This document shows positions 9,704-18,916 of a stretch of 64,000 nucleotides of DNA, one piece after another. The notes below the pieces were generated by a model. The model was not told where the DNA came from and ran no database searches. It saw only the letters and a program-made list of their open reading frames with translations. Source of the DNA: an uncultured Clostridium sp. (lineage in GTDB: Bacteria > Bacillota_I > Bacilli_A > RF39 > UBA660); contig CAMKPE010000010.1 of the NCBI GenBank assembly GCA_946414595.1, positions 134 to 64,133 on the forward strand, written 5' to 3'. The position numbers and the translations under genes are program-made. Position 1 is the stretch's first letter, and each line of letters starts with the position of its first letter.

Positions 9704-10070
9704 TCTTTTTATATTCTCTAATTATCCAAATCATTAATAAGGAAACTATATAATCTTTTTCAGTATCTGTTAATTCTCTTCCTTTAGGTATGTTATGCCA
9801 CTTTTCTAAACAAGATCTACAACAGCAACCACAAGCATGCATAGCAATGAAAACAGGATGTCCTTTCATAGGTGTTTGTTTACCATCATTTACCGGATTA
9901 CTAGGTACTAGTTTTTCATTAACAAAATCTATTGCATGTGACTTAACTATATCTAAACCTTTTTCATCTATATAAGAAATCATATACTTTCTAAGATGAA
10001 AACTACTTCTAAACTTAGATTTTGATAAAGATTCTAATTTCTTATTAATACTTATAACTTTATCATTCAT
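9696..10070 (-). CDS. DUF4186-like small protein with a conserved Cys cluster HACGCCCRSCLEKWHNIP.
   Basis: About 124 aa. KFRSSFHL...NDGKQTPMKGHPVFIAMHACGCCCRSCLEKWH matches my recollection of the DUF4186 family. Confidence 0.5.
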   Translation of the reverse strand: MNDKVISINKKLESLSKSKFRSSFHLRKYMISYIDEKGLDIVKSHAIDFVNEKLVPSNPVNDGKQTPMKGHPVFIAMHACGCCCRSCLEKWHNIPKGRELTDTEKDYIVSLLMIWIIREYKKSA

Positions 10071-11056
10071 TAGAACTTATAATCTAATTTAACTGCTGTT
10101 ACAATGTATAACGCATTATCCCAGTGGTGAGAACAAGTTTGCAATACAAGTATTTCTGATTCAGCATTTATACTTATATTTCTTGATTGAACAGGACTAT
10201 TAGTAATTGCATTAAAGTGATCAATAAAGTCTTGTCCAGTTAAATCAACTTTCATATGTTCACCATTAGTCTCTGATATTTCTTTAATTGATTTTATCTC
10301 ATATAAAGCTTTTCCACCTTCATATTGGAATATTATATATGGATGTGAATCAAAGAATTCTTTATCAAGAAACTTCTCAAGTTTTAAGAATGCTACTTTT
10401 ATATTTGTATCTCTTGTATTATGTCCATATATATTAATTTGTTTACTAGTAGGTTTAACTCTATAATCTAAAAATTCGGTTCCTCTTATATCATATTCTT
10501 TATCAACTGAATGTGTTAAGTAATAAGAATTATCATTTGATTGTGCTACTAATACGTTAAATAATTCAGGTATTTCAAGTCTTCCAACTATTTGATTATT
10601 GTTATGTTTCTTTCTTTCTGCTGCTATATCTATATCTTCAGCAAGTTTAAACTTAAAGCCATTAACAGTAGCATCTTCAGTTTCAGTACTTAACTCAGAT
10701 GGTGTTGGTTTATAAATGTCTGGTTCCGGTGGTTCTGGTTTAGGGCTAAAGTAATCTACTGCAAATACAATTGCTGATGCAACTAATACAAGCGAAAATA
10801 TTATATACATAATTATTTTAGTCTTGTTAGTTTTTTTCTTTTTCTTGTTAATAGGAGGCATATATCCCCCACCCATATTTGGATTAGGATTATAACCATT
10901 CATCCCTGGATTATAATTATTATTCATTCCCATATTATTACCACTAGTATTTAAAGGGAATGTATTATGACAATAAGTACAATTAGCCTGTTGACTATAA
11001 ATGTCAGTAACTACTTTTGCACCACATTGAGGACATACTACTTCCATATATCTCAT
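10070..11056 (-). CDS. Class B sortase-like transpeptidase fused to an N-terminal cytoplasmic zinc ribbon, an Asn/Gly/Pro-rich linker, a poly-Lys stretch and one TM helix.
   Basis: SrtB-like blocks YYLTHSVDKEYDIRGTEFLDYR, INIYGHNTRD (catalytic His) and ILVLQTCSHH (TLxTC Cys). N-terminus CPQCG...CTYCHN zinc ribbon. No Arg after the TLxTC block. Start chosen at MRYMEVV, which has an AGGAG RBS. Confidence 0.65.
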   Translation of the reverse strand: MRYMEVVCPQCGAKVVTDIYSQQANCTYCHNTFPLNTSGNNMGMNNNYNPGMNGYNPNPNMGGGYMPPINKKKKKTNKTKIIMYIIFSLVLVASAIVFAVDYFSPKPEPPEPDIYKPTPSELSTETEDATVNGFKFKLAEDIDIAAERKKHNNNQIVGRLEIPELFNVLVAQSNDNSYYLTHSVDKEYDIRGTEFLDYRVKPTSKQINIYGHNTRDTNIKVAFLKLEKFLDKEFFDSHPYIIFQYEGGKALYEIKSIKEISETNGEHMKVDLTGQDFIDHFNAITNSPVQSRNISINAESEILVLQTCSHHWDNALYIVTAVKLDYKF

Positions 11057-11103
11057 ATAATCATCTCCTATTATATATTTTAATTGTATCATAATTTATA
11101 AAA

Positions 11104-11132
11104 AGAAAAAATCCTTATTTCTAAGGATTTTA
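11104..11132. terminator. Hairpin terminator aaaaatcctta-tttc-taaggattttt. Sequence identical to the one at 14568..14597.
   Basis: Perfect inverted repeat flanked by A-run and T-run. Lies just downstream of the stop of giant gene 11168..14485. Confidence 0.55.
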
Positions 11133-11167
11133 CTTTTATTTACTATTATTAAACTAGATTAGATATT

Positions 11168-14100
11168 TTAGAAAAACATTGAAGTATTAGAATTTTCTTC
11201 TTTATTTGTTTCTTCTTTTACTTCTTTTTTCTTTTCGCCTTTTTCTTCATCTTCTTCTTTGTCTTCTTTATCACCAACTAATCCAGTTAATCCTAATCCT
11301 GCTGCACCTGCTGCTAATCCTGCTAGAGCACCAAGGGCTGCTGAACTTTGTCTAGTTTCCCCATTTATATTATACATAGCATCAAGTCCAGTATGTGGTC
11401 CATTTCCATCATAACCTCCATATCCTCCATATCCACTATCAGATGAATAAGAATCTGTAAACCATGGATTTGGATTATATGTTCTTGGTTCTGTTGAAAT
11501 TGTTGGAGTTCCAGAACGTCCTTCTGTACCTTGTTCTATTCCACTTTCTGTTTGTCTCTCAGAATGACTTTCAGTATGACTTTCAGTTCCTGGTTCTCCA
11601 GTTCCTCTTTCAGTGCTTCTTTCAGTACTTCTTTCAGATCTTCTCTCAGTACTTCCTTCAGTACTTCCTTCAGTACTTACTTCAGTACTTGTTTCTCCAG
11701 TTTTTCTCTCTGTACTCTTTTCACTACTTTGTTCAGATGTTCTTTCAACAGACTTAACTTCAAAATGATCAGGAATTGAAGAATATTCTTCTGGGAATAT
11801 TTCTCTTGCATAACCTATTGGAACGATTTCTCTTTGATCCCAAATAGTTACATCTGTACCTATCTTCTTTCCAGTTCTATCGAAGCACGCTACTCTTATT
11901 GTTCCTGTTAATGGATCAAATTCTCCAGTTACTGCATATATGTATCCATGTGCATCATCGTGAAGAATAACATCTCCTACTTTATAATCAATTACTACAC
12001 TGTGTCCACTTTCATCGACGCCATAATATCCATGCAGTGGCGTTATAACCGGCATCTGCGAGTAATCTTCAAATAATTTAATTACACTATCGTGACTCGA
12101 CGCATCACCATGAAGCAATAACGAATCTTTACTTTCAATCCATGAAGATCTATCCTCTAAATTAACTCCACGCCTATTTTTGAATCCATCTCCTACGAAG
12201 AATGATTCAAATGTATTTAGAGTTTGTTCAAAACTTACTATTTTATAATATTTATCAAGCATTTCTAAAAAGTCATCATTACATTTTTCTTGTTGAGGAA
12301 TAATATAATTGTTTATAAGATGTTCTTTTGCTTTTTCCAAATTATTTTTTTCTTTTAGTTTTGTCTCTACAGTAATATTATCTCTATTCCAGTCTTGAAC
12401 TCTTAAAGTATAATCACTGTCAGTTTCATCATCTTTTTGTACTGGCTTACTACCCACTTTTTCTTTTGCTTGATTATATGCTTTTGTTGCGTCAGATAAT
12501 AATCTTTCTAATTCACGCAAGTTACATCCCCATGAAGCTGCTCCAGCCGATGTTAAATAAGTTACGTCACTAGGGCAACCATCTACTAGAGAATAATCTT
12601 TATCTCCAATCCCCTGTCCTTTTAAATGGAATAATCTATCTTCTGAAGCCTTTAATGTAATAAGACAATCACATAACTCATCCAAAGATTCACATGCAGG
12701 TTTTAATGCGCTTTCTATATTTCCCATTGTTACTTCGAACTTACCTATTATAGTTTCAATGGCTTCTTTTTCGCTTTTACTTGCGCTACCTTCCCATCTT
12801 TGAAATTTTTCATGTGCAAGTTGAACTTGTTTCTTAAGTTCCTCAACTTCTTCCATTAAGTCATTTACAGTATAACCCCATTTTTTTTCATCAGGGAGTC
12901 CTAATTCTTTATATTTTTGTTCATAAATTGTACCATAAAAGTATTTATCTGGATATTGTTCTCCAAATTCATATCCATTTGCCTTCAAGCTATCAACCAT
13001 TAACTTCAAATCAGATACATTATACTGCCCAGTTGCTGCATATGTTGCTATATAGTCAATTGGACTAAACTTACTTGAACTAGTTCTTCCTAAAGGATTT
13101 CCAGTAACTTGCATTATTTCAAGTAGTCTTTCATTATTTGCTAATGTTGTTCTTTGAGCATTAGCACCCCCACTAGTTATTCCTGCATCGTATGATCCTG
13201 CTTCCTTTGCAGTACCATCCTTGTTCATATTTCCAAACGCACCCCATCCAGCATTATCACTACCTGTCGTTTGGGTTACGTGTGTTTCATGCATATATTC
13301 ATCATGCACATCAGGTCTATCTACTGATCCTACACCATTTTCTTTATTTATTGCTTCTGTTGCCCATGGCATTACAGAATCAGCACTTATTCTATCTCTT
13401 TCTTCACTACCTGAAACTTTATCTGGATCTAATCTATGTGTTGCTAGCAATTTTGCTTTTTCTTCTTCTGGTAATGAACTAAAATTATATTCTCTTTCTA
13501 AATAAGCTTCTAACCCTTCTTGTTTATCAAAATATCTAATTGGTTGATTTTGACCATTTGAATCTTTTTCATATTTTAACACATACGATCCATGCTCTTC
13601 AGATGCAGCTTCATTATTAGACAAAGCAACATATCCATCTGTTTTAATATGGTAATTGTCATGTCCTACTGCACGAATATTCGTTGCTATTGCTTCTGAT
13701 CTTCCAACAGTATCTGTTAATTGCATTATTGGATCATCCGGATTATCAGAATGTAATTCTGTTATAGTTGCACCTGTGATAGGATTTTTATGATCAGTAT
13801 CAGTAATAGCAAATAATGCATAATTGCCATCTTCATCTGGTAATATTTGTCCTTCTAATGGTTCCCCACCATCAACATAATATGTAACACGTCCCAAAAA
13901 AGTACGACCATCGCTAAATTTATAAGCACCTGAATCTCTCTCCCAAGAAGAACCATTAAATCTAATTCCTGGATAACCATGAGCCGAATATACCGTAGCA
14001 GAATCGTCAAATCTTGCAGTTCCTTTGACTTCAGTAAAAGCCGTTATATGTGCCTTTGAAGGGTCAATAGGACCAGTAGACTCACCAATTGGTTGCAACT

Positions 14101-14485
14101 CATAAGAGTTTTGTCCCTCTTTTTTTACAATAATACCTTCATGTGTAACTCCATCGCCCAATTGATATTCTACTCTTCCAGTATAATGCTCTACGCCATC
14201 ATCATTCCAACACTCATCAAAGTTAGCCCAAGTAGCACGAGTATATAATACTGGAAAAGCATTTCCAGATTGAATCCCAAAATTAGCTCCTGTTCCTCTT
14301 GAATCATCAATAATATCATATACATGCGTATCAGTACTATTTGCAGCAGTTGGATCAAAGCTCATCCTTGTTGATTCATCTCCAACCATTGCTCCAGGAA
14401 CTGGTCCTGAACCTGCCATTGGATCTGTTACTATCATTTCAGTATCTTCAGTTGTTGTAGTTATGGTTTCATCACTCATAACCAC
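11168..14485 (-). CDS. Giant paralog A, 1105 aa. Large secreted or surface protein of unknown function.
   Basis: Shares long conserved blocks with 14601..18245. Central WxG-like helix QRWEGSASKSEKEAIETIIGKFE. STE/TEGS tandem-repeat linker. C-terminus ...NGPHTGLDAMYNINGETRQSSAALGALAGLAAGAAGLGLTGLVGDKEDKEEDEE. Own promoter, strong RBS aggaggtgtggtt, own terminator. Confidence 0.7.
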   Translation of the reverse strand: MVMSDETITTTTEDTEMIVTDPMAGSGPVPGAMVGDESTRMSFDPTAANSTDTHVYDIIDDSRGTGANFGIQSGNAFPVLYTRATWANFDECWNDDGVEHYTGRVEYQLGDGVTHEGIIVKKEGQNSYELQPIGESTGPIDPSKAHITAFTEVKGTARFDDSATVYSAHGYPGIRFNGSSWERDSGAYKFSDGRTFLGRVTYYVDGGEPLEGQILPDEDGNYALFAITDTDHKNPITGATITELHSDNPDDPIMQLTDTVGRSEAIATNIRAVGHDNYHIKTDGYVALSNNEAASEEHGSYVLKYEKDSNGQNQPIRYFDKQEGLEAYLEREYNFSSLPEEEKAKLLATHRLDPDKVSGSEERDRISADSVMPWATEAINKENGVGSVDRPDVHDEYMHETHVTQTTGSDNAGWGAFGNMNKDGTAKEAGSYDAGITSGGANAQRTTLANNERLLEIMQVTGNPLGRTSSSKFSPIDYIATYAATGQYNVSDLKLMVDSLKANGYEFGEQYPDKYFYGTIYEQKYKELGLPDEKKWGYTVNDLMEEVEELKKQVQLAHEKFQRWEGSASKSEKEAIETIIGKFEVTMGNIESALKPACESLDELCDCLITLKASEDRLFHLKGQGIGDKDYSLVDGCPSDVTYLTSAGAASWGCNLRELERLLSDATKAYNQAKEKVGSKPVQKDDETDSDYTLRVQDWNRDNITVETKLKEKNNLEKAKEHLINNYIIPQQEKCNDDFLEMLDKYYKIVSFEQTLNTFESFFVGDGFKNRRGVNLEDRSSWIESKDSLLLHGDASSHDSVIKLFEDYSQMPVITPLHGYYGVDESGHSVVIDYKVGDVILHDDAHGYIYAVTGEFDPLTGTIRVACFDRTGKKIGTDVTIWDQREIVPIGYAREIFPEEYSSIPDHFEVKSVERTSEQSSEKSTERKTGETSTEVSTEGSTEGSTERRSERSTERSTERGTGEPGTESHTESHSERQTESGIEQGTEGRSGTPTISTEPRTYNPNPWFTDSYSSDSGYGGYGGYDGNGPHTGLDAMYNINGETRQSSAALGALAGLAAGAAGLGLTGLVGDKEDKEEDEEKGEKKKEVKEETNKEENSNTSMFF
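11560..11700 (-). repeat. In-frame 15-nt tandem repeats (ttcagtacttcc-like units) encoding the S/T/E/G-rich linker (STEGSTEGSTER...) of giant paralog A.
   Basis: Directly visible near-perfect tandem repeats of cagtacttccttcag units. Confidence 0.6.
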
Positions 14486-14567
14486 ACCTCCTAACTATTA
14501 ATTATTATAGTATTAACATATTATTACTATTTTCTATATCATATACATTGTATCATAATTTAGCAAA

Positions 14568-14597
14568 AGAAAAAATCCTTATTTCTAAGGATTTTTA
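14568..14597. terminator. Hairpin terminator identical to 11104..11132, downstream of giant paralog B.
   Basis: Same aaaaaatcctta-tttc-taaggattttt sequence. A-run and T-run on opposite sides. Confidence 0.55.
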
Positions 14598-14600
14598 TCT

Positions 14601-17600
14601 TTATTGATTATTTCCGAATGTTGTTTTATCAACATTTTGAGGTTTATCTTCAACTTCGATTGGGTGGTTTAGAGAAAACATTGGAGTTTCATCCTTTACT
14701 TCTTCTTTTTTCTCTTCTTTACCTTCCTCTTCGTCTTCTTCTTTATCCTCTTTATTGTCAACTAATCCAGTTAATCCTAAACCAGCTGCTCCAACCGCTA
14801 ATCCAGCAAGTGCTCCTAAACCAGCAGTGCTTTGTTTAGTTTCACCATTTGTATTATACATAGCATCAAGTCCAGTATGTGGTCCACCACCCCAGCTACC
14901 TGTTTCAGGTTCTGTGAATATTGGATGTGGAGCATATGTCTTATGCTCTGTTGGTTGTTCTGTTGGCCTATCTGTTGGTTGTTCTGTTGGTGCATCAGTT
15001 GGTCTATCTGTTGGTTGCTCTGAAGGTTTTTCAGTTGGTTTTTCAGTTGGTTTTTCTGTACCATGTGAAGTTGGTGCTTCAGTACCATGACCATGAGTTT
15101 TTCTCTCTGTCTTTCTTTCTGTATTCTTTTCAGGTTCAGAAACTGTCTCTGGTTCAGTCTCAAAGAAGTTATCTGGAATTGATGAATATTCTTCATCAAA
15201 GTCTCTAACATAACGAATTGGAACGATTTCTCTTTGATCCCAAATAGTTACGTCAGAACCAATCTTTCTACCTGTCTTATCGAAACATGCAATTCTTATT
15301 GTACCAGTTAATGGATCGAATTCTCCAGTAACTGCATAATAATATCCATGTGCATCATCGTGAATTAATACGTCACCAATCTTATATGGAACTATTGTAC
15401 TATGACCGTCTTCCCCAGCAGCATAGTAACCAGAAATTGGTGTAATAACCGGCATGCTCGAGTAATCTTCGAACAGCTTGATAATACTGTCGTGGGTCGG
15501 GTCGTTGTCGTCCAGATGGGTGAGCATCGAGTCTTTGCTTGAAATCCAAGAGCTTCTGTCTTGTAATGTAACTCCACGCTTGTTCTGGAATCCAGAACCA
15601 ACGAAGAATGATTCAAATGTATTAAGTGTTTGTTCAAAGTTAGTAATCTTATGATATAGTTCAATAACTGACATAAGTACACCATCACAAACAGTTGCTT
15701 GAGCTTCAATTAAAGCATCTACTTGTGTTTGTGCTGCCTGATACATGTGAACTTCTTTCAATTTATTTTCAGCTTCAGTTTTCCTAGATTGCCACTGCGA
15801 ATGTTGAGTATTATAACTTCTTAAACTTGCCTGATAAGTAGAATCTGGTTCAGTTGCTCCTTGAGTTGGTCTTATAGGTTCAGGACCAACTAGGTTAGAT
15901 AATCTTTGATAATCTTGTGAAGCATTATTTACGGCTTCTACTAATTCACGTTGATTCTTATTAACTGAAGCAGTTTCTCCATCGTATGATACTGTAATAG
16001 CACCATCAGGTAATCCATTACTTGGTGAAGTAGCTCCACCATCTCCTACAGAATATCCTTTAATAGCATATAACTTAGTTTCTTCTTTCTTCAAGTTTTC
16101 AAGTTCTGTACATAATTCTGTTAAAGCTTCACAAGCTGGTAATAATGATTCTCTAATGTTACCCATTGTAACTTCAAATTTACCAATGATAGTTTCAATA
16201 GCTTCTTTTTCACTATTACTTGCAGTTCCTTTCCATGAAAGGAATTTATCGTGAGCTGCTTTAGCATATTGTGCAAGTTCTTCAACTTCCGCTGCTAAAT
16301 CTTCAGCAGTATATCCCCATTGTGGTTCTCCTGGTAATCCTAATTGCTTATATTTTTGTTCATATGTTGTACCAAAGAAGTAACGTGCAGGGTGTGCTTC
16401 AAATTGAACACCATTTTGCTCTAATGCATCAACCATCAATTGTAAGTCATGTGCATTATATTGACCAGTTGCTGCATATGTAGCTATATAATCAAGTTTA
16501 CTAAATTTACTTGTATCTGTATTTCCTAAAGGGTTTCCAGTAGTACTTAGTATCTCTCCTAATCTACTATTATTATATAATGTTACTCTTGTAGCATTTG
16601 TTCCAGTAGTAACTCCTGGAGTAGATCCATTTGCTTTACCAGTTTCGGCATCCATATTACCAAATGCTCCCCAACCAGCATCATCACTACCTGTTGTTTG
16701 AGTAACGTGTGTTTCATGCATGTATTCATCATGCATATCAGGTCTATCTACTGATCCAACACCATTTTCTTTAGCAATTGCTTGTGTAGACCATGGCATT
16801 ACTGAATCAACGTCCATTTGACCATTTGGATGTGCATCTACTTTAGTTGGATCAACTTTTAAAGAATTCTTAACTGCCTCTTGTTCTTCTGGGCTCATGC
16901 TCTCTAAATCGTATCCAGCAAGATATGCGTCTAAGTCAGCTTGACTTTGGAAATATTTAACTGTATGAGTTTGTCCTGATGCATCAGTTTCTGTTAATGC
17001 AACATATTTTCCATGTGTACCAGCAGTTTCATTATTAGATAATGCTCTATAACCATCAGTTTTAATATGATAATCATCATGTCCAACTCCAGTTACATCA
17101 GAAACTTGTACTTGTGACTGATCTATTACATTTCCTTGAGCATCTTTTAATACTGTTATTGCATTATCTGCATTTTCATTATGTAAAACTGTTACTGTTG
17201 CCCCATCTACTGGGTTAGCTTGTGCAGTATCAGTTGCATCATATAACTTATATTCTCCAGTAGCAGGATCTTTTACGATAATACCATCGTGTGTTACTGT
17301 TGTAGTTACACCATCTTGTGTAACAGTTGTTGTATAAGTAACTTTTCCTTCGAATGCTGCTCCATCCTTAGTACCAGATGCAGTCCAGTTTCTACCATCG
17401 AATGTTACTCCACTACCAAGTTCAACATCCATGTCGTAAACAACTTTACCTTCACGACCTGTATATGCAGTAATTTTAGCTCCTGTTACTGTAGCACCAC
17501 TTGCATCTTGTAATTCGTAAGTTCCAGTTGGAGTCTTTACGATTTGACCCTCGTGTTCCCCACCATTAGAATCTGTATATTTAACAGGTCCTACATATTT

Positions 17601-18245
17601 TTCTTCACCTGGATTTTGTGAAGCCTGGCTATCTGGAACCCAAGTAGAATCAAAATCGACTTGATCTACATTTTCTGAATATGTTACATGATATGCATTA
17701 CCATCTTCTGGTTTTAATGTTTGTGGATTATTTCCCATTGCAGTATTTATATCATATGTATAAGTATCTGTTGTAACAGCTCCTTCTACTGTAATACCAC
17801 TTGCATTCATTGCTGGCCCTTCAAACACAGTAGAATCTGCTGTTGTAGTTGCTCCTGCTGTTGTTGTAGGATCAACAGTTACAGTTGGATCTGCTGTTCC
17901 ACTTCCTGTTGGGTCAACAGTTACAACCGGATCAGTTACCGGTGGCGTAGATGAAGCAGTTGTTGGTGCTTGCCACGCAGGTGGATTATCAGTGAAACTA
18001 CTACCATTTGTTTTAATACTTTCATGAGCTGCATTACTTCCTGCATCTAAAGATGTCCAGTTATAGCAAGCAGAACCATCAGTAGTTAAATAAGTTCTTG
18101 CATCTTGGATTGCTTGTGATAAATTACCACTATAATGTGTATCATTTTCAAAAAGCCAATGTCCCATTGCAATTGCAGCTGATTCTTGTGTTGAACAATG
18201 ACTTCCTTGAGTCATCCAAACCCAATCCCAATAATTATTTGCCAT
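14601..18245 (-). CDS. Giant paralog B, 1214 aa. Large secreted or surface protein of unknown function. Last gene of the 372aa-WXG-WXG operon.
   Basis: Paralogous to 11168..14485. Has a T/P-rich linker, WxG-like helix FLSWKGTASNSEKEAIETIIGKFE, a P-T-E-K/Q-P repeat linker, and C-terminal GGPHTGLDAMYNTNGETKQSTAGLGALAGLAVGAAGLGLTGLVDNKEDKEEDEEE. RBS aaagggggacctacaat ATG 17 nt after the stop of the WXG-like gene. Confidence 0.7.
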   Translation of the reverse strand: MANNYWDWVWMTQGSHCSTQESAAIAMGHWLFENDTHYSGNLSQAIQDARTYLTTDGSACYNWTSLDAGSNAAHESIKTNGSSFTDNPPAWQAPTTASSTPPVTDPVVTVDPTGSGTADPTVTVDPTTTAGATTTADSTVFEGPAMNASGITVEGAVTTDTYTYDINTAMGNNPQTLKPEDGNAYHVTYSENVDQVDFDSTWVPDSQASQNPGEEKYVGPVKYTDSNGGEHEGQIVKTPTGTYELQDASGATVTGAKITAYTGREGKVVYDMDVELGSGVTFDGRNWTASGTKDGAAFEGKVTYTTTVTQDGVTTTVTHDGIIVKDPATGEYKLYDATDTAQANPVDGATVTVLHNENADNAITVLKDAQGNVIDQSQVQVSDVTGVGHDDYHIKTDGYRALSNNETAGTHGKYVALTETDASGQTHTVKYFQSQADLDAYLAGYDLESMSPEEQEAVKNSLKVDPTKVDAHPNGQMDVDSVMPWSTQAIAKENGVGSVDRPDMHDEYMHETHVTQTTGSDDAGWGAFGNMDAETGKANGSTPGVTTGTNATRVTLYNNSRLGEILSTTGNPLGNTDTSKFSKLDYIATYAATGQYNAHDLQLMVDALEQNGVQFEAHPARYFFGTTYEQKYKQLGLPGEPQWGYTAEDLAAEVEELAQYAKAAHDKFLSWKGTASNSEKEAIETIIGKFEVTMGNIRESLLPACEALTELCTELENLKKEETKLYAIKGYSVGDGGATSPSNGLPDGAITVSYDGETASVNKNQRELVEAVNNASQDYQRLSNLVGPEPIRPTQGATEPDSTYQASLRSYNTQHSQWQSRKTEAENKLKEVHMYQAAQTQVDALIEAQATVCDGVLMSVIELYHKITNFEQTLNTFESFFVGSGFQNKRGVTLQDRSSWISSKDSMLTHLDDNDPTHDSIIKLFEDYSSMPVITPISGYYAAGEDGHSTIVPYKIGDVLIHDDAHGYYYAVTGEFDPLTGTIRIACFDKTGRKIGSDVTIWDQREIVPIRYVRDFDEEYSSIPDNFFETEPETVSEPEKNTERKTERKTHGHGTEAPTSHGTEKPTEKPTEKPSEQPTDRPTDAPTEQPTDRPTEQPTEHKTYAPHPIFTEPETGSWGGGPHTGLDAMYNTNGETKQSTAGLGALAGLAVGAAGLGLTGLVDNKEDKEEDEEEGKEEKKEEVKDETPMFSLNHPIEVEDKPQNVDKTTFGNNQ
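14935..15060 (-). repeat. In-frame 12-nt tandem repeats (tctgttggttgt-like) encoding the P-T-E-(K/Q)-P linker of giant paralog B.
   Basis: Visible tandem repetition gttggttgttctgttggcctatctgttggttgttctgttggtgcatcagttggtctatctgttggttgctc. Confidence 0.6.
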
Positions 18246-18262
18246 ATTGTAGGTCCCCCTTT

Positions 18263-18595
18263 CTAGCTATTAACATCTAGATTTTCAGCAAACTCTTCAA
18301 CGTTCTTGTTGATTTCTTCATTTACTAATCTATAGTCTTCTTTTGTTTTATTTAAAAATCTAATATAAATATCTAATGAATTTTCGATAGGATCATAATT
18401 TCCGTTAAGGATCTTATACTTTTCATACATGCTTCTTTGAGCTTGTCCTGTCCAAGTATCTGTCGCATTAACTTTTTCAGCATTTTGTTTTTGATTTGCA
18501 AAAACATCTTTCAACTTCATATATGAATTTGTTAATTCTGTAATTGTTTCTTCAAATTCACTAAAGTTGTTGATCTTCAAGTTCTGATTCGACAT
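18263..18595 (-). CDS. WXG100-like small helical protein, 110 aa (ATDTWTGQAQRSMYEKY). Candidate EsxB/Lap-type helper.
   Basis: Central W-x-G motif in a helical, acidic protein of about 100 aa. Strong RBS gaaggagg. 35-nt overlap with the upstream WXG gene. Confidence 0.55.
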   Translation of the reverse strand: MSNQNLKINNFSEFEETITELTNSYMKLKDVFANQKQNAEKVNATDTWTGQAQRSMYEKYKILNGNYDPIENSLDIYIRFLNKTKEDYRLVNEEINKNVEEFAENLDVNS

Positions 18596-18899
18596 AATTG
18601 ATAGCCTCCTTCTTTAACTCATTTCCACCTTCATCATCTTTTTCATCATAAAGGTTATTTGTTTCATTAACTGTATTAGAGATTTCTCTCATTGCTTGAG
18701 GAAGCTTTTTCATTTTCATTAAGTAGTTGTAGAAGTTGTTGCAGAATGTTTCTGCATCTTCTCCTTCCCAGTTTTCTCTTAACTTTTCAATGTTTGCAAG
18801 CATCTTCTCGATTTCTTCATCGAAATCAACACCGTCTTTGTCAATGGCATCTCTAACGTTTCCTAATTCTTCAGGATTAACTTTTAATACTCCGTCCAT
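18561..18899 (-). CDS. WXG100 family protein, EsxA-like. 112 aa.
   Basis: LKVNPEELGNVRDAID...LRENWEGEDAETF aligns with the S. aureus EsxA MSPEEIRAKS...ANWEGQAFSRF WXG core. RBS aggtga. Confidence 0.65.
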   Translation of the reverse strand: MDGVLKVNPEELGNVRDAIDKDGVDFDEEIEKMLANIEKLRENWEGEDAETFCNNFYNYLMKMKKLPQAMREISNTVNETNNLYDEKDDEGGNELKKEAINYVESELEDQQL

Positions 18900-18916
18900 A
18901 CATTATCACCTATCCT

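Noticed and set aside
11464-11779. Plus-strand ORFs 11464..11757 and 11531..11779 lie inside giant gene A. Likewise 14618..15208, 19041..19223 and 19434..19730 lie inside B and the 372-aa gene.
   Set aside because: They are antisense to long, well-supported genes. They are composed of low-complexity translations (F/L/Q/S runs) generated by the tandem repeats.
13560-13640. HDEYMHETH in both giant proteins looked like a metalloprotease HExxH motif.
   Set aside because: The spacing is H-D-E-Y-M-H (HxExxH), not HExxH. No downstream third ligand is present.
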